Below are positions 16,020-24,349 of a stretch of 32,000 nucleotides of DNA, piece by piece; positions within the stretch are counted from its first letter, which is position 1, and every line of letters begins with the position of its first letter. This stretch comes from Mucisphaera calidilacus. Lineage in GTDB: Bacteria; Planctomycetota; Phycisphaerae; Phycisphaerales; Phycisphaeraceae. The position numbers and the translations under genes are program-made. The notes under the pieces are model-generated. The model saw only the letters and a list, made by a program, of their open reading frames with translations, had not been told where the DNA came from and did no database searches. Location: assembly GCF_007748075.1 (NCBI RefSeq), contig NZ_CP036280.1, positions 1,020,001-1,052,000 on the forward strand, in the 5' to 3' direction.

Positions 16020-18554
16020 ATGGCTGATACAGATGGCGGCGCGATGCTTCCCGTGCCCGTTCGACCGGGCGTGGACGAGAGCCAGTTGTCCGACCGACAG
16101 GACGTCTCGCCGCTGCGACGCGTCCACCACCTCTTGCAGGGGCGTTACGCCTGGGTGGTCGGACTGTCCCTGATCTTCGGGGCGCTCGGCGGCGCGGGCG
16201 GCTATTTCTTCCTCGACGATATCTACCTCGCCAAGGCCCATATCGAGGCGGAGTCTTACCGCGAGAAGACCGTCTATCAGCTTGAGGAGAACGAACGCCT
16301 GCCCGACTTCGACCGCTGGGTGGCACGACGCGCACGGCTCATCACCGAAGACCCACGCGTGCTGCAGCGGGCGTTCGAGGACCCGTCGGTGCAGCGACAC
16401 GTCCTGACGGCGGACCAGGTCACCGAGGGCGCCGAATCCCTGCGCGACAGCATGACCGTGTTCCACGATCCGCGCACGAGCATGATCACGGTGATGTACG
16501 AGCACACCGACCCCGAGGGCGCTGAGATCGTCACGCAGGCCGTGATCGAGGGGTTCATGGCGATCTACGGGCAACGCGACATCGACGCGATGAACCAGAA
16601 AATCGTGAAGGTGACGCAGGAACGCGAGGAACGTCAGCGCCAGATCAAGCAGAAAAAGCAGGAGATCAGCCTCATCGCGAACGAGTACGGCTCGGACGTT
16701 CTGCTCTCGATGTACGAACGGAAGCTGGCGGACTACCAGGAATTCGAGAGCAAGACGCGGCTGACCGAAACCGAGATGGTGATGCGAGGCATCGACGTCA
16801 CCCTGTCGATGGACGAGCAGATCGCCTTGCTCAACGCCCAGTCGGATCAGGACCCGAACAAGCTTACGGCGCAGGACTACGCGATCCGCGGCGAACCGAC
16901 CGTGCGCAAGCTCATGAGCCAGATGGACGCCGTCGCGGGCCAGATCCGGTCGCTCAACGCGCAGGGGTTGGGCTCGCAGCACTGGCGGGTGAAGAACCTC
17001 AAGGGCGAGTACGACAGCCTGGCGTCGACGCTGCAACGGGAGGTTGATCAGCTCAATGCGCTGCTCGCGACCCAGGAACAATCGGTGCAGGTCGCCATGG
17101 TCAGCACCGAGGACCTCTCCCTGCTCTCGGACTACCAGCTGATCCGCCGTTACGCCACCGAAGAGAAACTCCGCAAGGAGCTCGAGGAGCAGACACGCGT
17201 GCTGGGCCAGCGACGGCTGCAGATCGACGAGTTGAAGGAAGAGGTCCAGGCGCTCCAGCAGGATCTGGCCTTTGTCGAAGGGCGTCTCAAGCGGCTGACG
17301 ACCGAGGCGGGCACGGACGAGGACGCGGGGCGACTGGACATCGCGAGTAACGCCTTTGCCCTGCGGCAACCCGTGAACGGCGGCAAACGCAAGCAGCTGG
17401 CGGTCGCCGGCATGGGCGCCGGCGTAGTGCTGGGCGTCGGCGTGATGCTCTTGATCGGGCTGATGGACCCGCGTGTCCGCAGCACGGACGAGGCAACCAG
17501 TCGCGTCGGCCAGACACGACTGCTGGGGGTGCTGCCGATGCTGCCCGAGGACCTGGGCGACCCGGCAAACGCCGCGGTGGTGGGCTACTCGGTGCACCAC
17601 ATGCGCACGCTGCTCCAACTCGGGCACCGGGCGGCCACCTCGCCCGCGTTCGCCGTGACCGGCCCCGCTACAGGATCAGGCAAGACGAGCCTGACCATCT
17701 CACTGGGCATGTCGTTCGCGGCCACCGGCGCACGCACCTTGCTGATCGACTCGGACCTGGCGGGCGGCGGGTTGAGCTATCGTCTCGAGGCCGTGGTCCG
17801 CCGGCGCATCGGCCAGATCCTGGTGGATGCCGGCGAGATCACCAGCCAGGAGTTGCAGCAGGCGTTGGCGGCGGCGTCCTCATCGGGCCAGCGTCTGGGC
17901 GAATCGCTGATCAACCTCGGGCTGCTGGAACCCAGCCGGCTCAGCGAGATCCTCGAGATGCAAACAAACACCTACGTGGGGCTGCTCGACGCTATCAACG
18001 GCGAGCCGGTCGAAGGATGCATCACGCAGACCGACATCGAAAACCTCTGGGTGCTCCCGATCGGCGGCGCCTTGCTCGACGACATGGGGCGTATCTCGCC
18101 GAACTCGGTGCGCAACGTGATCCAGCAGGCCCGCGAACAGTTCGACGTGGTGCTGGTGGACACCGGCCCGATCCCGGGCAGCGTGGAGACCTCGATGGTG
18201 GCCGCGGAGGCCGACCAGGTGGTCATGATCGTCGCACGCGGCGACGAGCGGAGCCGGGTGGAGTCGGCGGTCGGCTTCCTGCACTCGCTCGGCGCTAACC
18301 TCGCAGGATTTGTCTTCAACCGCGCCGAACAGGCCGACCTCGAGCGGTCACACCTCTCGAGTTCACTGAGCAGCCGCTCAGCGGCGTTCTCGACCGATCA
18401 GCGTCAGGGCGGGATGCCCAATGACGCCAACGGGCCGAACTTCGGCGCCGTGGCACGCGCGATGGTCTCGCGTCACGGCGAGGCCGTGGTCACGAGCACG
18501 ATCGCCGACGTGGAGCCGAACGGCACCGGAGCGAGAGGGGAGCGAGGCGGTTGA
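16020..18554 (+). CDS. Wzc/EpsG-like polysaccharide co-polymerase (chain-length determinant) fused to a BY-kinase-type P-loop ATPase domain, with inserted MshEN-like module
   Basis: TM1 YAWVVGLSLIFGALGGAGGYFFL, a long coiled-coil periplasmic region, then TM2 LAVAGMGAGVVLGVGVMLLIGLM. Walker A GPATGSGKTS (17661-17690), Walker A' LLIDSDL (17739-17759), Walker B VVLVDTGP (18147-18170). ATG 16020 is 6 nt after GAGGAG. Confidence 0.85.
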   Translation: MADTDGGAMLPVPVRPGVDESQLSDRQDVSPLRRVHHLLQGRYAWVVGLSLIFGALGGAGGYFFLDDIYLAKAHIEAESYREKTVYQLEENERLPDFDRWVARRARLITEDPRVLQRAFEDPSVQRHVLTADQVTEGAESLRDSMTVFHDPRTSMITVMYEHTDPEGAEIVTQAVIEGFMAIYGQRDIDAMNQKIVKVTQEREERQRQIKQKKQEISLIANEYGSDVLLSMYERKLADYQEFESKTRLTETEMVMRGIDVTLSMDEQIALLNAQSDQDPNKLTAQDYAIRGEPTVRKLMSQMDAVAGQIRSLNAQGLGSQHWRVKNLKGEYDSLASTLQREVDQLNALLATQEQSVQVAMVSTEDLSLLSDYQLIRRYATEEKLRKELEEQTRVLGQRRLQIDELKEEVQALQQDLAFVEGRLKRLTTEAGTDEDAGRLDIASNAFALRQPVNGGKRKQLAVAGMGAGVVLGVGVMLLIGLMDPRVRSTDEATSRVGQTRLLGVLPMLPEDLGDPANAAVVGYSVHHMRTLLQLGHRAATSPAFAVTGPATGSGKTSLTISLGMSFAATGARTLLIDSDLAGGGLSYRLEAVVRRRIGQILVDAGEITSQELQQALAAASSSGQRLGESLINLGLLEPSRLSEILEMQTNTYVGLLDAINGEPVEGCITQTDIENLWVLPIGGALLDDMGRISPNSVRNVIQQAREQFDVVLVDTGPIPGSVETSMVAAEADQVVMIVARGDERSRVESAVGFLHSLGANLAGFVFNRAEQADLERSHLSSSLSSRSAAFSTDQRQGGMPNDANGPNFGAVARAMVSRHGEAVVTSTIADVEPNGTGARGERGG
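17805..17963 (+). other. Tandem MshEN (T2SSE_N)-type putative c-di-GMP-binding motifs inserted in the P-loop domain
   Basis: RIGQILVDAGEITSQELQQALAAA (17805-17876), SSSGQ spacer (17877-17891), RLGESLINLGLLEPSRLSEILEMQ (17892-17963). Unit 2 fits RLGxx(LVI)(LVI)xxG(LVIF)(LVI)xxxxLxxxLxxQ at every specified position. Unit 1 deviates at positions 2, 11 and 24. Confidence 0.6.
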
Positions 18555-18580
18555 TCCAGCCCGTATCGACGAAAGAGCCG

Positions 18581-19978
18581 ATGCCGACGGTGTGGGGCTT
18601 GACCCCGGTCGAGCTGCACGATCGCTTCTGGGCGTCGCGTGGCGTCCAGGTCGTCCGGTGCGGCGAGGTCATCGACGTCGTCGAGGACGCGGAGCTGTTT
18701 CTGCTGACGGCGGGCGCACTGCTGACGATCTTCCGCATGCGGGGACTGATCGAGGACCTGAGCTGGGTCAAGCCACGCGTCATGTGGGTGCGGATCAATG
18801 ACACCCACGAGCGTGGTTACCGCGAACGCGTGCTCCGCCACGACGACGGCCGGCTGCGCGGCTTCGAGCGTGACTACGGCGGCGCGGACACCCGCCTGTC
18901 GCGCGTCGCGCTGACGCCCGACCGAAAAATCGCCCTCGCCTGGCAACGCTGCTCCAACGCCCGCGAGGGCTGGGCGATGCTCCGGCAGAGTGTTCACCCC
19001 AATCGACGGCTGAGCCACCAGATCCGAGGCTGGACCTATGACCGCAATCAGCCCACGGAGGTACACACGTTTGTCCGCGACCTGATCGGCGTCTGGAAGC
19101 AGCCCGGCGCAACAGTCGAACGCGTCACGCGCGCGGGCCGTGAGGCGTGGGTGGATCAGGGAAACGCGCCGCCGGAAGGCGTGACGTTCATCGGCCCGAC
19201 CTGGATCGGAGCCGGACGCGCGCTGGACGCGAACGAGGCGGTCGTCGGCCCCGCGGTGCTGTGGGACGACCCCGCGTCACGCCCCGAACCCGAACACCTC
19301 GACTGGCGCGAGATCGAACCGGGAACCATGCTTGAACGCCCGGTGCGCGTGCCCCGTCGGTCGACAGCATCACGAGCGGCGAAGCGCCTCTTCGACATCG
19401 TGTTCGCGCTGCTGGCACTCATCCTCGTGCTGCCGGTCTTCCCGATCGTGATGCTCGCGATCTGGCTGGAGGACGGCGGCCCCTTCTTCTTCGCGCACAT
19501 GCGCGAGACCGTCGGCGGCAGAGAGTTCCCCTGTTTCAAGTTCCGGTCGATGCGCAAGGACGCCGAGGCGATCAAGGCAAAACTGGCCGAGGCCAACCAG
19601 GTGGACGGGCCGCAGTTCTTCATGGAGCAGGACCCGCGCGTGACCAACGTCGGACGCTGGCTGCGCAAGCTGCAGATCGACGAACTGCCGCAGTTCTTCA
19701 ACGTGCTCCGCGGCGAGATGTCCGTGGTGGGGCCGCGACCGAGCCCGCGGAAGGAAAACCAGTTCTGCCCGCCGTGGCGCGAGGCTCGACTCAGTGTCCG
19801 GCCCGGGGTGACCGGCCTCTGGCAGGTCTGCCGCACGCGCGAAGAAGGAAAAGATTTCCAGGAGTGGATCCGTTTTGACATCGAGTACGTCGAGCACGGT
19901 ACCCTGATGACAGATATATGGATCGTGTACCGCACGATCCGGATGCTGGTCCTGTCCCCGTTCAGCCAGAGAGGATGA
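18581..19978 (+). CDS. Monotopic phosphoglycosyl transferase (bacterial sugar transferase family) with ~266-aa soluble N-terminal extension
   Basis: C-terminal domain: KRLFDIVFALLALILVLPVFPIVMLAIWLEDGGPFFF (re-entrant helix), FKFRSM, DPRVTNVGRWLRKLQIDELPQFFNVLRGEMSVVGPRP (DE dyad and PRP motif). ATG 18581 preferred; TTG 18551, overlapping the upstream stop, is possible. Confidence 0.85.
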   Translation: MPTVWGLTPVELHDRFWASRGVQVVRCGEVIDVVEDAELFLLTAGALLTIFRMRGLIEDLSWVKPRVMWVRINDTHERGYRERVLRHDDGRLRGFERDYGGADTRLSRVALTPDRKIALAWQRCSNAREGWAMLRQSVHPNRRLSHQIRGWTYDRNQPTEVHTFVRDLIGVWKQPGATVERVTRAGREAWVDQGNAPPEGVTFIGPTWIGAGRALDANEAVVGPAVLWDDPASRPEPEHLDWREIEPGTMLERPVRVPRRSTASRAAKRLFDIVFALLALILVLPVFPIVMLAIWLEDGGPFFFAHMRETVGGREFPCFKFRSMRKDAEAIKAKLAEANQVDGPQFFMEQDPRVTNVGRWLRKLQIDELPQFFNVLRGEMSVVGPRPSPRKENQFCPPWREARLSVRPGVTGLWQVCRTREEGKDFQEWIRFDIEYVEHGTLMTDIWIVYRTIRMLVLSPFSQRG

Positions 19979-19984
19979 TCCATC

Positions 19985-22900
19985 GTGGCGATTCGATCGA
20001 AGGCCCGTCGCCGGCTGCTCCTGCTGCTGGTGATCGCTGTAGGTGGCGTATCTGTTATTGGTGGTTTCTGGGCGTTCCGCAAGCAGCAGGCCGAGGCTGC
20101 CCTGTTCGCCTCGCGTGCGGAGGGTGTGGCCGCTTACGAAGACGAACGCTACTTCGAAGCAATGCACGCGCTCGGGCCTTACGTGGTCAAGCACCGCGAT
20201 GACGCCGAGGCACTCTACCTCTACGCGCTCTCACGCCTGGAGGTCGAGGAGGGTGACGGCGTGAGTCACCTGCGCGCCGGCGCGAGTCACCTCCGTGACG
20301 TGGTGACCCTGAACCCCGAGAACGTGGAAGCCAAACGCCGACTCCTTGAGCTCTACAGCATGATGGGCTACGCGCCCGAAGCGCTGGACCTGGCGGACGT
20401 GCTGCTGGCCGATTTTCCGAACGATGCCGAGGCGTGGGCCCACAAGGCCTCCGCGTTGGTGACGGCTCGGCGGTTCGATGAACTCATCGAGATGGCGGAC
20501 GCCATCCTCGCCGATAACACCCTGCCCGAGGCGCTGCGGGTCGAAGCGATGCGGCACCGCGCCGTAGCCCTGCTCCGCAAGGACCGCGCGGCAGAGGCGA
20601 TGTTCCAGGCGATCGAACTCAACGAGAACGCGCCGGATGATTTCCGCGGCTACCTGCTCACGTTCGAAACCATGCGGGCAAACCAGAACACCGCGGACGA
20701 GGTCATCCGCTGGGCTGAATCGGTCGAGGCGGAGCACGACGATCTGGACGGGACCGCGCTGCTCGTCGCGATGGCCTGTCTCGACAAACCGGGCGGCCGC
20801 GCACAGGCCCTTGGCTGGCTCAAGGCCGAGGTCGAGAACCAGCCCGAGGAGACGCTCGTCATCCAGATGCTCATTCAGCGACTGGGTCAGCTCGGCCTGC
20901 TGGACATGAGCATCGAGATGCTCGGCGACCTCTGCGAACGCTCACCCTCGCTGCAGTACGAGCTTCGGCTCATGCGTTACCTGCTCTACGCGGGCCGCCA
21001 CCTAGAGGTGGTGGAGCGTTCGGACTTCCACGCGGAGAACCCGGATCGCGCAAGCCTGCGTGCCCTGGGCTACCGGGCGCAGGCCCTGTTCGAACTAGAC
21101 CGTGGCGATGAGGCTCAGGGGCTGATCGAGCGCCTCGAAGGCAAGTCAAGTGACACCGTCGCGCTCTCCTACGGAACAATGCTGCGACTGATCTACGTCG
21201 AGCAGGACGTCGCCCCGCTCAGGATCGTGCAGGCCGGCGAGACGGCGGTTCAACGCGACCCGATGAACCCCTACTTCCACTTCTGGATGGGCCAGGCGCT
21301 CTCATCCCTCGGGGAGCACGACCGCGCGATCGAGGCGTGGGCACAGGCACTGCGTCGCGCACCCGTGTGGATGGCCCCGACGATCGCGATCACACGCGAA
21401 ATGACCCTGGCGGACCGTGATCTGGAAGCCTTCGGCTTCGCGTACCAGATCTGGCGGCAGCAGCCGGAACACCCGATGCTGATCATGAACCTGTTCCGCT
21501 CGGCGGAGCCGGTACTCGACCAGATCACCGCAGAGACGCGACAGGTCCTGCTGGCGGATTCGCAGAGACTGCTGGCACGGTCGCCGGTCCACCCGGTCAT
21601 CCTGCCACTGCACGTCCGTCTGAAGGCCAGTCTCGATGGGCGTGACGCCGCCCGCGGTGCCATCGAGTCCGCGCTGACGCAGGACCCGCTGCCCGACACG
21701 GCCACGCTGCTGAGGCTCGCAGAGATCAGTCTCCAGCTGGGGCTGGAGATGGAGGATCGACTGGTAGGCGTGGCGGAGTCGGACACGTCCTCACCGAACG
21801 TGGTGCTCGCGCAGGCCACGCTCCTCTACCAGCAGGGGCAGGCGGCTCAGGCCAGGCAGCTCATGGATGACGCCGTCGCGAGTGCTTCATCGCCCGAACT
21901 GGCACTGGCGATGCGGCAGGTGCGCGCGACCGTTCTGGATCGCCAGCGCGACCCCGAAGCACTGTCGGCATGGGCCGGATTGATCGAGGATGCCCCGAAC
22001 GACGCGCGACTGCTCCAACGCGCACTCTCGATGCGCGCGATCTGGACCGATCGCGAAGTGTCGGAACGCGCGATCGAGTCGCTGCGCAAGGTCACGGGAC
22101 GCGAAGCGGTCGGCTGGCGCGTCGATCGTGCTCGCTGGCTACTCGGCCCCGAAGCCGGTGATGAGCAAGTCACGGAAGCGAAACGCCTGCTCGAGGGTGT
22201 CATCGAGTCGGCACCCGCCCTGGTCGAACCGCGTGTCATGCTGGCCGAGATCTATCGCCGTGAGGGCGATCCGGAGTCCGCGGTGACGCAACTCGAACGG
22301 GCTCTGGAGCTGCGCGACAATATCCGCATCCGTATGGTGCTCGCACAACTGCTCGTCCAGGCCGACCTGATTGACGAGGCCTTACGCGAGTACGCGACGC
22401 TGATCGATGCACGCGACACCCTGAGCCCGGAGCAGATGCAGCAGCTGGCGTTACAGGTGTCGGCGCTCGGCGAGAACGGCATGGCGATCGGGCTCCTGGA
22501 GTCGGCGGGCGACGGCCTCTGGTTGCAGGGGCGTCTGCTGCTGGCAAGCTTGTACGAGCAGGTCGGCCGAGCCTCCGACGCCGAAGGCCTCTACGAGACG
22601 ATGCTGCGCGACGAAGAACCGACACTGGCCCTGCTCAGCGGTGCCGCGCGCTTCTACCAGCAGCGTGGCGACGAGGCACGGGCCGAGGCCCTGATCGCGG
22701 GCCTGGGCGAGGTCGAGGGCCTGAGCGAGGCAGACGCCTTGATGATTCAAGGCGACTACTACCGACGCTCCGGCGTTCTTGAGCGGTCGCTCGGACTCTA
22801 CAAGCAAGCCATGGACCTTGACCCCGAGCGTCTCGAAGCCTGGCAACGGTCGCTGGCGGTCTCGGTCCTGCTGGGGGACAGCGAGGGCGCCCGGGCCCTG

Positions 22901-24325
22901 CTCGACGGGATGTCGCAGCGGTTCCCAGGCGATGGCCGTGTGAGCTTCATCACCGATCACCGCGCCACCATGGACCGCGCCGTCGGCGATCCGGGGATGG
23001 CGCCACTGGTGCTCCAGGTCGTCGAACAACCCGGCTCACGCGGCCCGGCACTGGCGATCCTCGACGCCACCTACTCGATCGATGGCGATCTCAGCGGCGC
23101 GACCGAAGCCGAGCGTCGTGCGGTCTTCGAATCGATGGCGATGAAGCTGCGACCCGTGGTGCGGATGTACCCGCGATACCTCAGCGGTCACCTGGTCCTG
23201 GCCCGGACGCTGATCGAGGCGGGCCGCATCGAGGAGGCGAAGACCATCACGCTGCAGGCGGTCCGTTCGTTCCCGGATTCGCCGGAACCGAAAGCGCTGG
23301 CAACAGACCTGCTGCTCCGCGAGGGCGAGTGGCTACAGGCACGGAGTATGGCGATGTCCTGGCGCGAGACGCTCGCCGATCCGAGGCCCGCAGACATTCG
23401 GCTCGCCCGTGCGATGAACCAGCTGCGCACGCCCGAGCAGGCGGTGATGACGCTCGATCCCTACATCGAGACAGCCCTGGAATCGCCGGTGACGCAGCAG
23501 GAACTGCTCTCGACGTGGGCGATCGGCATGATCCAGAGCGGACGCGGCGCCGAGGCGCGTCAGGCCCTGCTGCCCGCGGCACGCGAACACGCGGTCTGGC
23601 GCATGACATGGCTTCAGCTCATCGGACGTGTCATCACGACCAGGGACGAGGCCGTGGCATGGATGGAGGACCTCGAAAGCGTCCTCGATCAGGAGGTCGA
23701 GGACGAACGGCTGCAACTCGCACTGGGCTGGCGCGAGATCGGACAGCGATACGACGACCCGGCCCTGCGCGAACGCAGCGCATCGCTGCTGAGCGGCTCG
23801 CTGGACGAGGCCTCCTCAGCCCGTGCCATCCTCAGCATGGCCATCATGGACGACACCGATGGACGAAGCGAGAAGGCGGAAGCGGGTTACAGGCGGGTGC
23901 TCGAGCTCGAACCCGAGAACCCGATCGCGGCCAACAACCTCTCGATGGTCCTGCACAAGCGTGGAGCACACGACGAGGCCGTGGCGGTCGCACGCCTCGC
24001 CGTCCGCGTCGCCCCGATGGTGCCGACGTTCCGTGACACGCTTGCCATCGCGTTGCTCGGTGCCGGCGACCACGACGCGGCGCTGGAAGAGGCACAGACG
24101 GCCGTGAGGCAGCAACCCGATGAGGTCGCCTGGCTGCTGACACAGGCCGAGATCCTGGTGGCCATGCAACGCGCGGACGCACTCGAGGACGTGATCGAGA
24201 GCCTCGACCGCAATCTGCGCGTCAGCCCCAACGAAGACCCGGACTTCCAGCAGCGGCTGCAGGCCGTGCGTGCCGCTTTGGAGTCGATGTCAAGCAATCC
24301 TGTGCCCACCGCCGCAGCGCCCTGA
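19985..24325 (+). CDS. Giant (1446 aa) signal-anchored TPR-repeat protein, PrsT-like by context
   Basis: N-terminal RRRLLLLLVIAVGGVSVIGGFWAF forms a TM anchor with no lipobox Cys. The remainder is helical, with many 34-residue Ala/Leu/Tyr/Glu-rich TPR-like repeats (for example AEAGYRRVLELEPENPIAANNLSMVL). GTG start is 7 nt after the PGT stop. Confidence 0.8.
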   Translation: MAIRSKARRRLLLLLVIAVGGVSVIGGFWAFRKQQAEAALFASRAEGVAAYEDERYFEAMHALGPYVVKHRDDAEALYLYALSRLEVEEGDGVSHLRAGASHLRDVVTLNPENVEAKRRLLELYSMMGYAPEALDLADVLLADFPNDAEAWAHKASALVTARRFDELIEMADAILADNTLPEALRVEAMRHRAVALLRKDRAAEAMFQAIELNENAPDDFRGYLLTFETMRANQNTADEVIRWAESVEAEHDDLDGTALLVAMACLDKPGGRAQALGWLKAEVENQPEETLVIQMLIQRLGQLGLLDMSIEMLGDLCERSPSLQYELRLMRYLLYAGRHLEVVERSDFHAENPDRASLRALGYRAQALFELDRGDEAQGLIERLEGKSSDTVALSYGTMLRLIYVEQDVAPLRIVQAGETAVQRDPMNPYFHFWMGQALSSLGEHDRAIEAWAQALRRAPVWMAPTIAITREMTLADRDLEAFGFAYQIWRQQPEHPMLIMNLFRSAEPVLDQITAETRQVLLADSQRLLARSPVHPVILPLHVRLKASLDGRDAARGAIESALTQDPLPDTATLLRLAEISLQLGLEMEDRLVGVAESDTSSPNVVLAQATLLYQQGQAAQARQLMDDAVASASSPELALAMRQVRATVLDRQRDPEALSAWAGLIEDAPNDARLLQRALSMRAIWTDREVSERAIESLRKVTGREAVGWRVDRARWLLGPEAGDEQVTEAKRLLEGVIESAPALVEPRVMLAEIYRREGDPESAVTQLERALELRDNIRIRMVLAQLLVQADLIDEALREYATLIDARDTLSPEQMQQLALQVSALGENGMAIGLLESAGDGLWLQGRLLLASLYEQVGRASDAEGLYETMLRDEEPTLALLSGAARFYQQRGDEARAEALIAGLGEVEGLSEADALMIQGDYYRRSGVLERSLGLYKQAMDLDPERLEAWQRSLAVSVLLGDSEGARALLDGMSQRFPGDGRVSFITDHRATMDRAVGDPGMAPLVLQVVEQPGSRGPALAILDATYSIDGDLSGATEAERRAVFESMAMKLRPVVRMYPRYLSGHLVLARTLIEAGRIEEAKTITLQAVRSFPDSPEPKALATDLLLREGEWLQARSMAMSWRETLADPRPADIRLARAMNQLRTPEQAVMTLDPYIETALESPVTQQELLSTWAIGMIQSGRGAEARQALLPAAREHAVWRMTWLQLIGRVITTRDEAVAWMEDLESVLDQEVEDERLQLALGWREIGQRYDDPALRERSASLLSGSLDEASSARAILSMAIMDDTDGRSEKAEAGYRRVLELEPENPIAANNLSMVLHKRGAHDEAVAVARLAVRVAPMVPTFRDTLAIALLGAGDHDAALEEAQTAVRQQPDEVAWLLTQAEILVAMQRADALEDVIESLDRNLRVSPNEDPDFQQRLQAVRAALESMSSNPVPTAAAP

Positions 24326-24349
24326 TGCGTTGAGCGACCTAATATCGGA

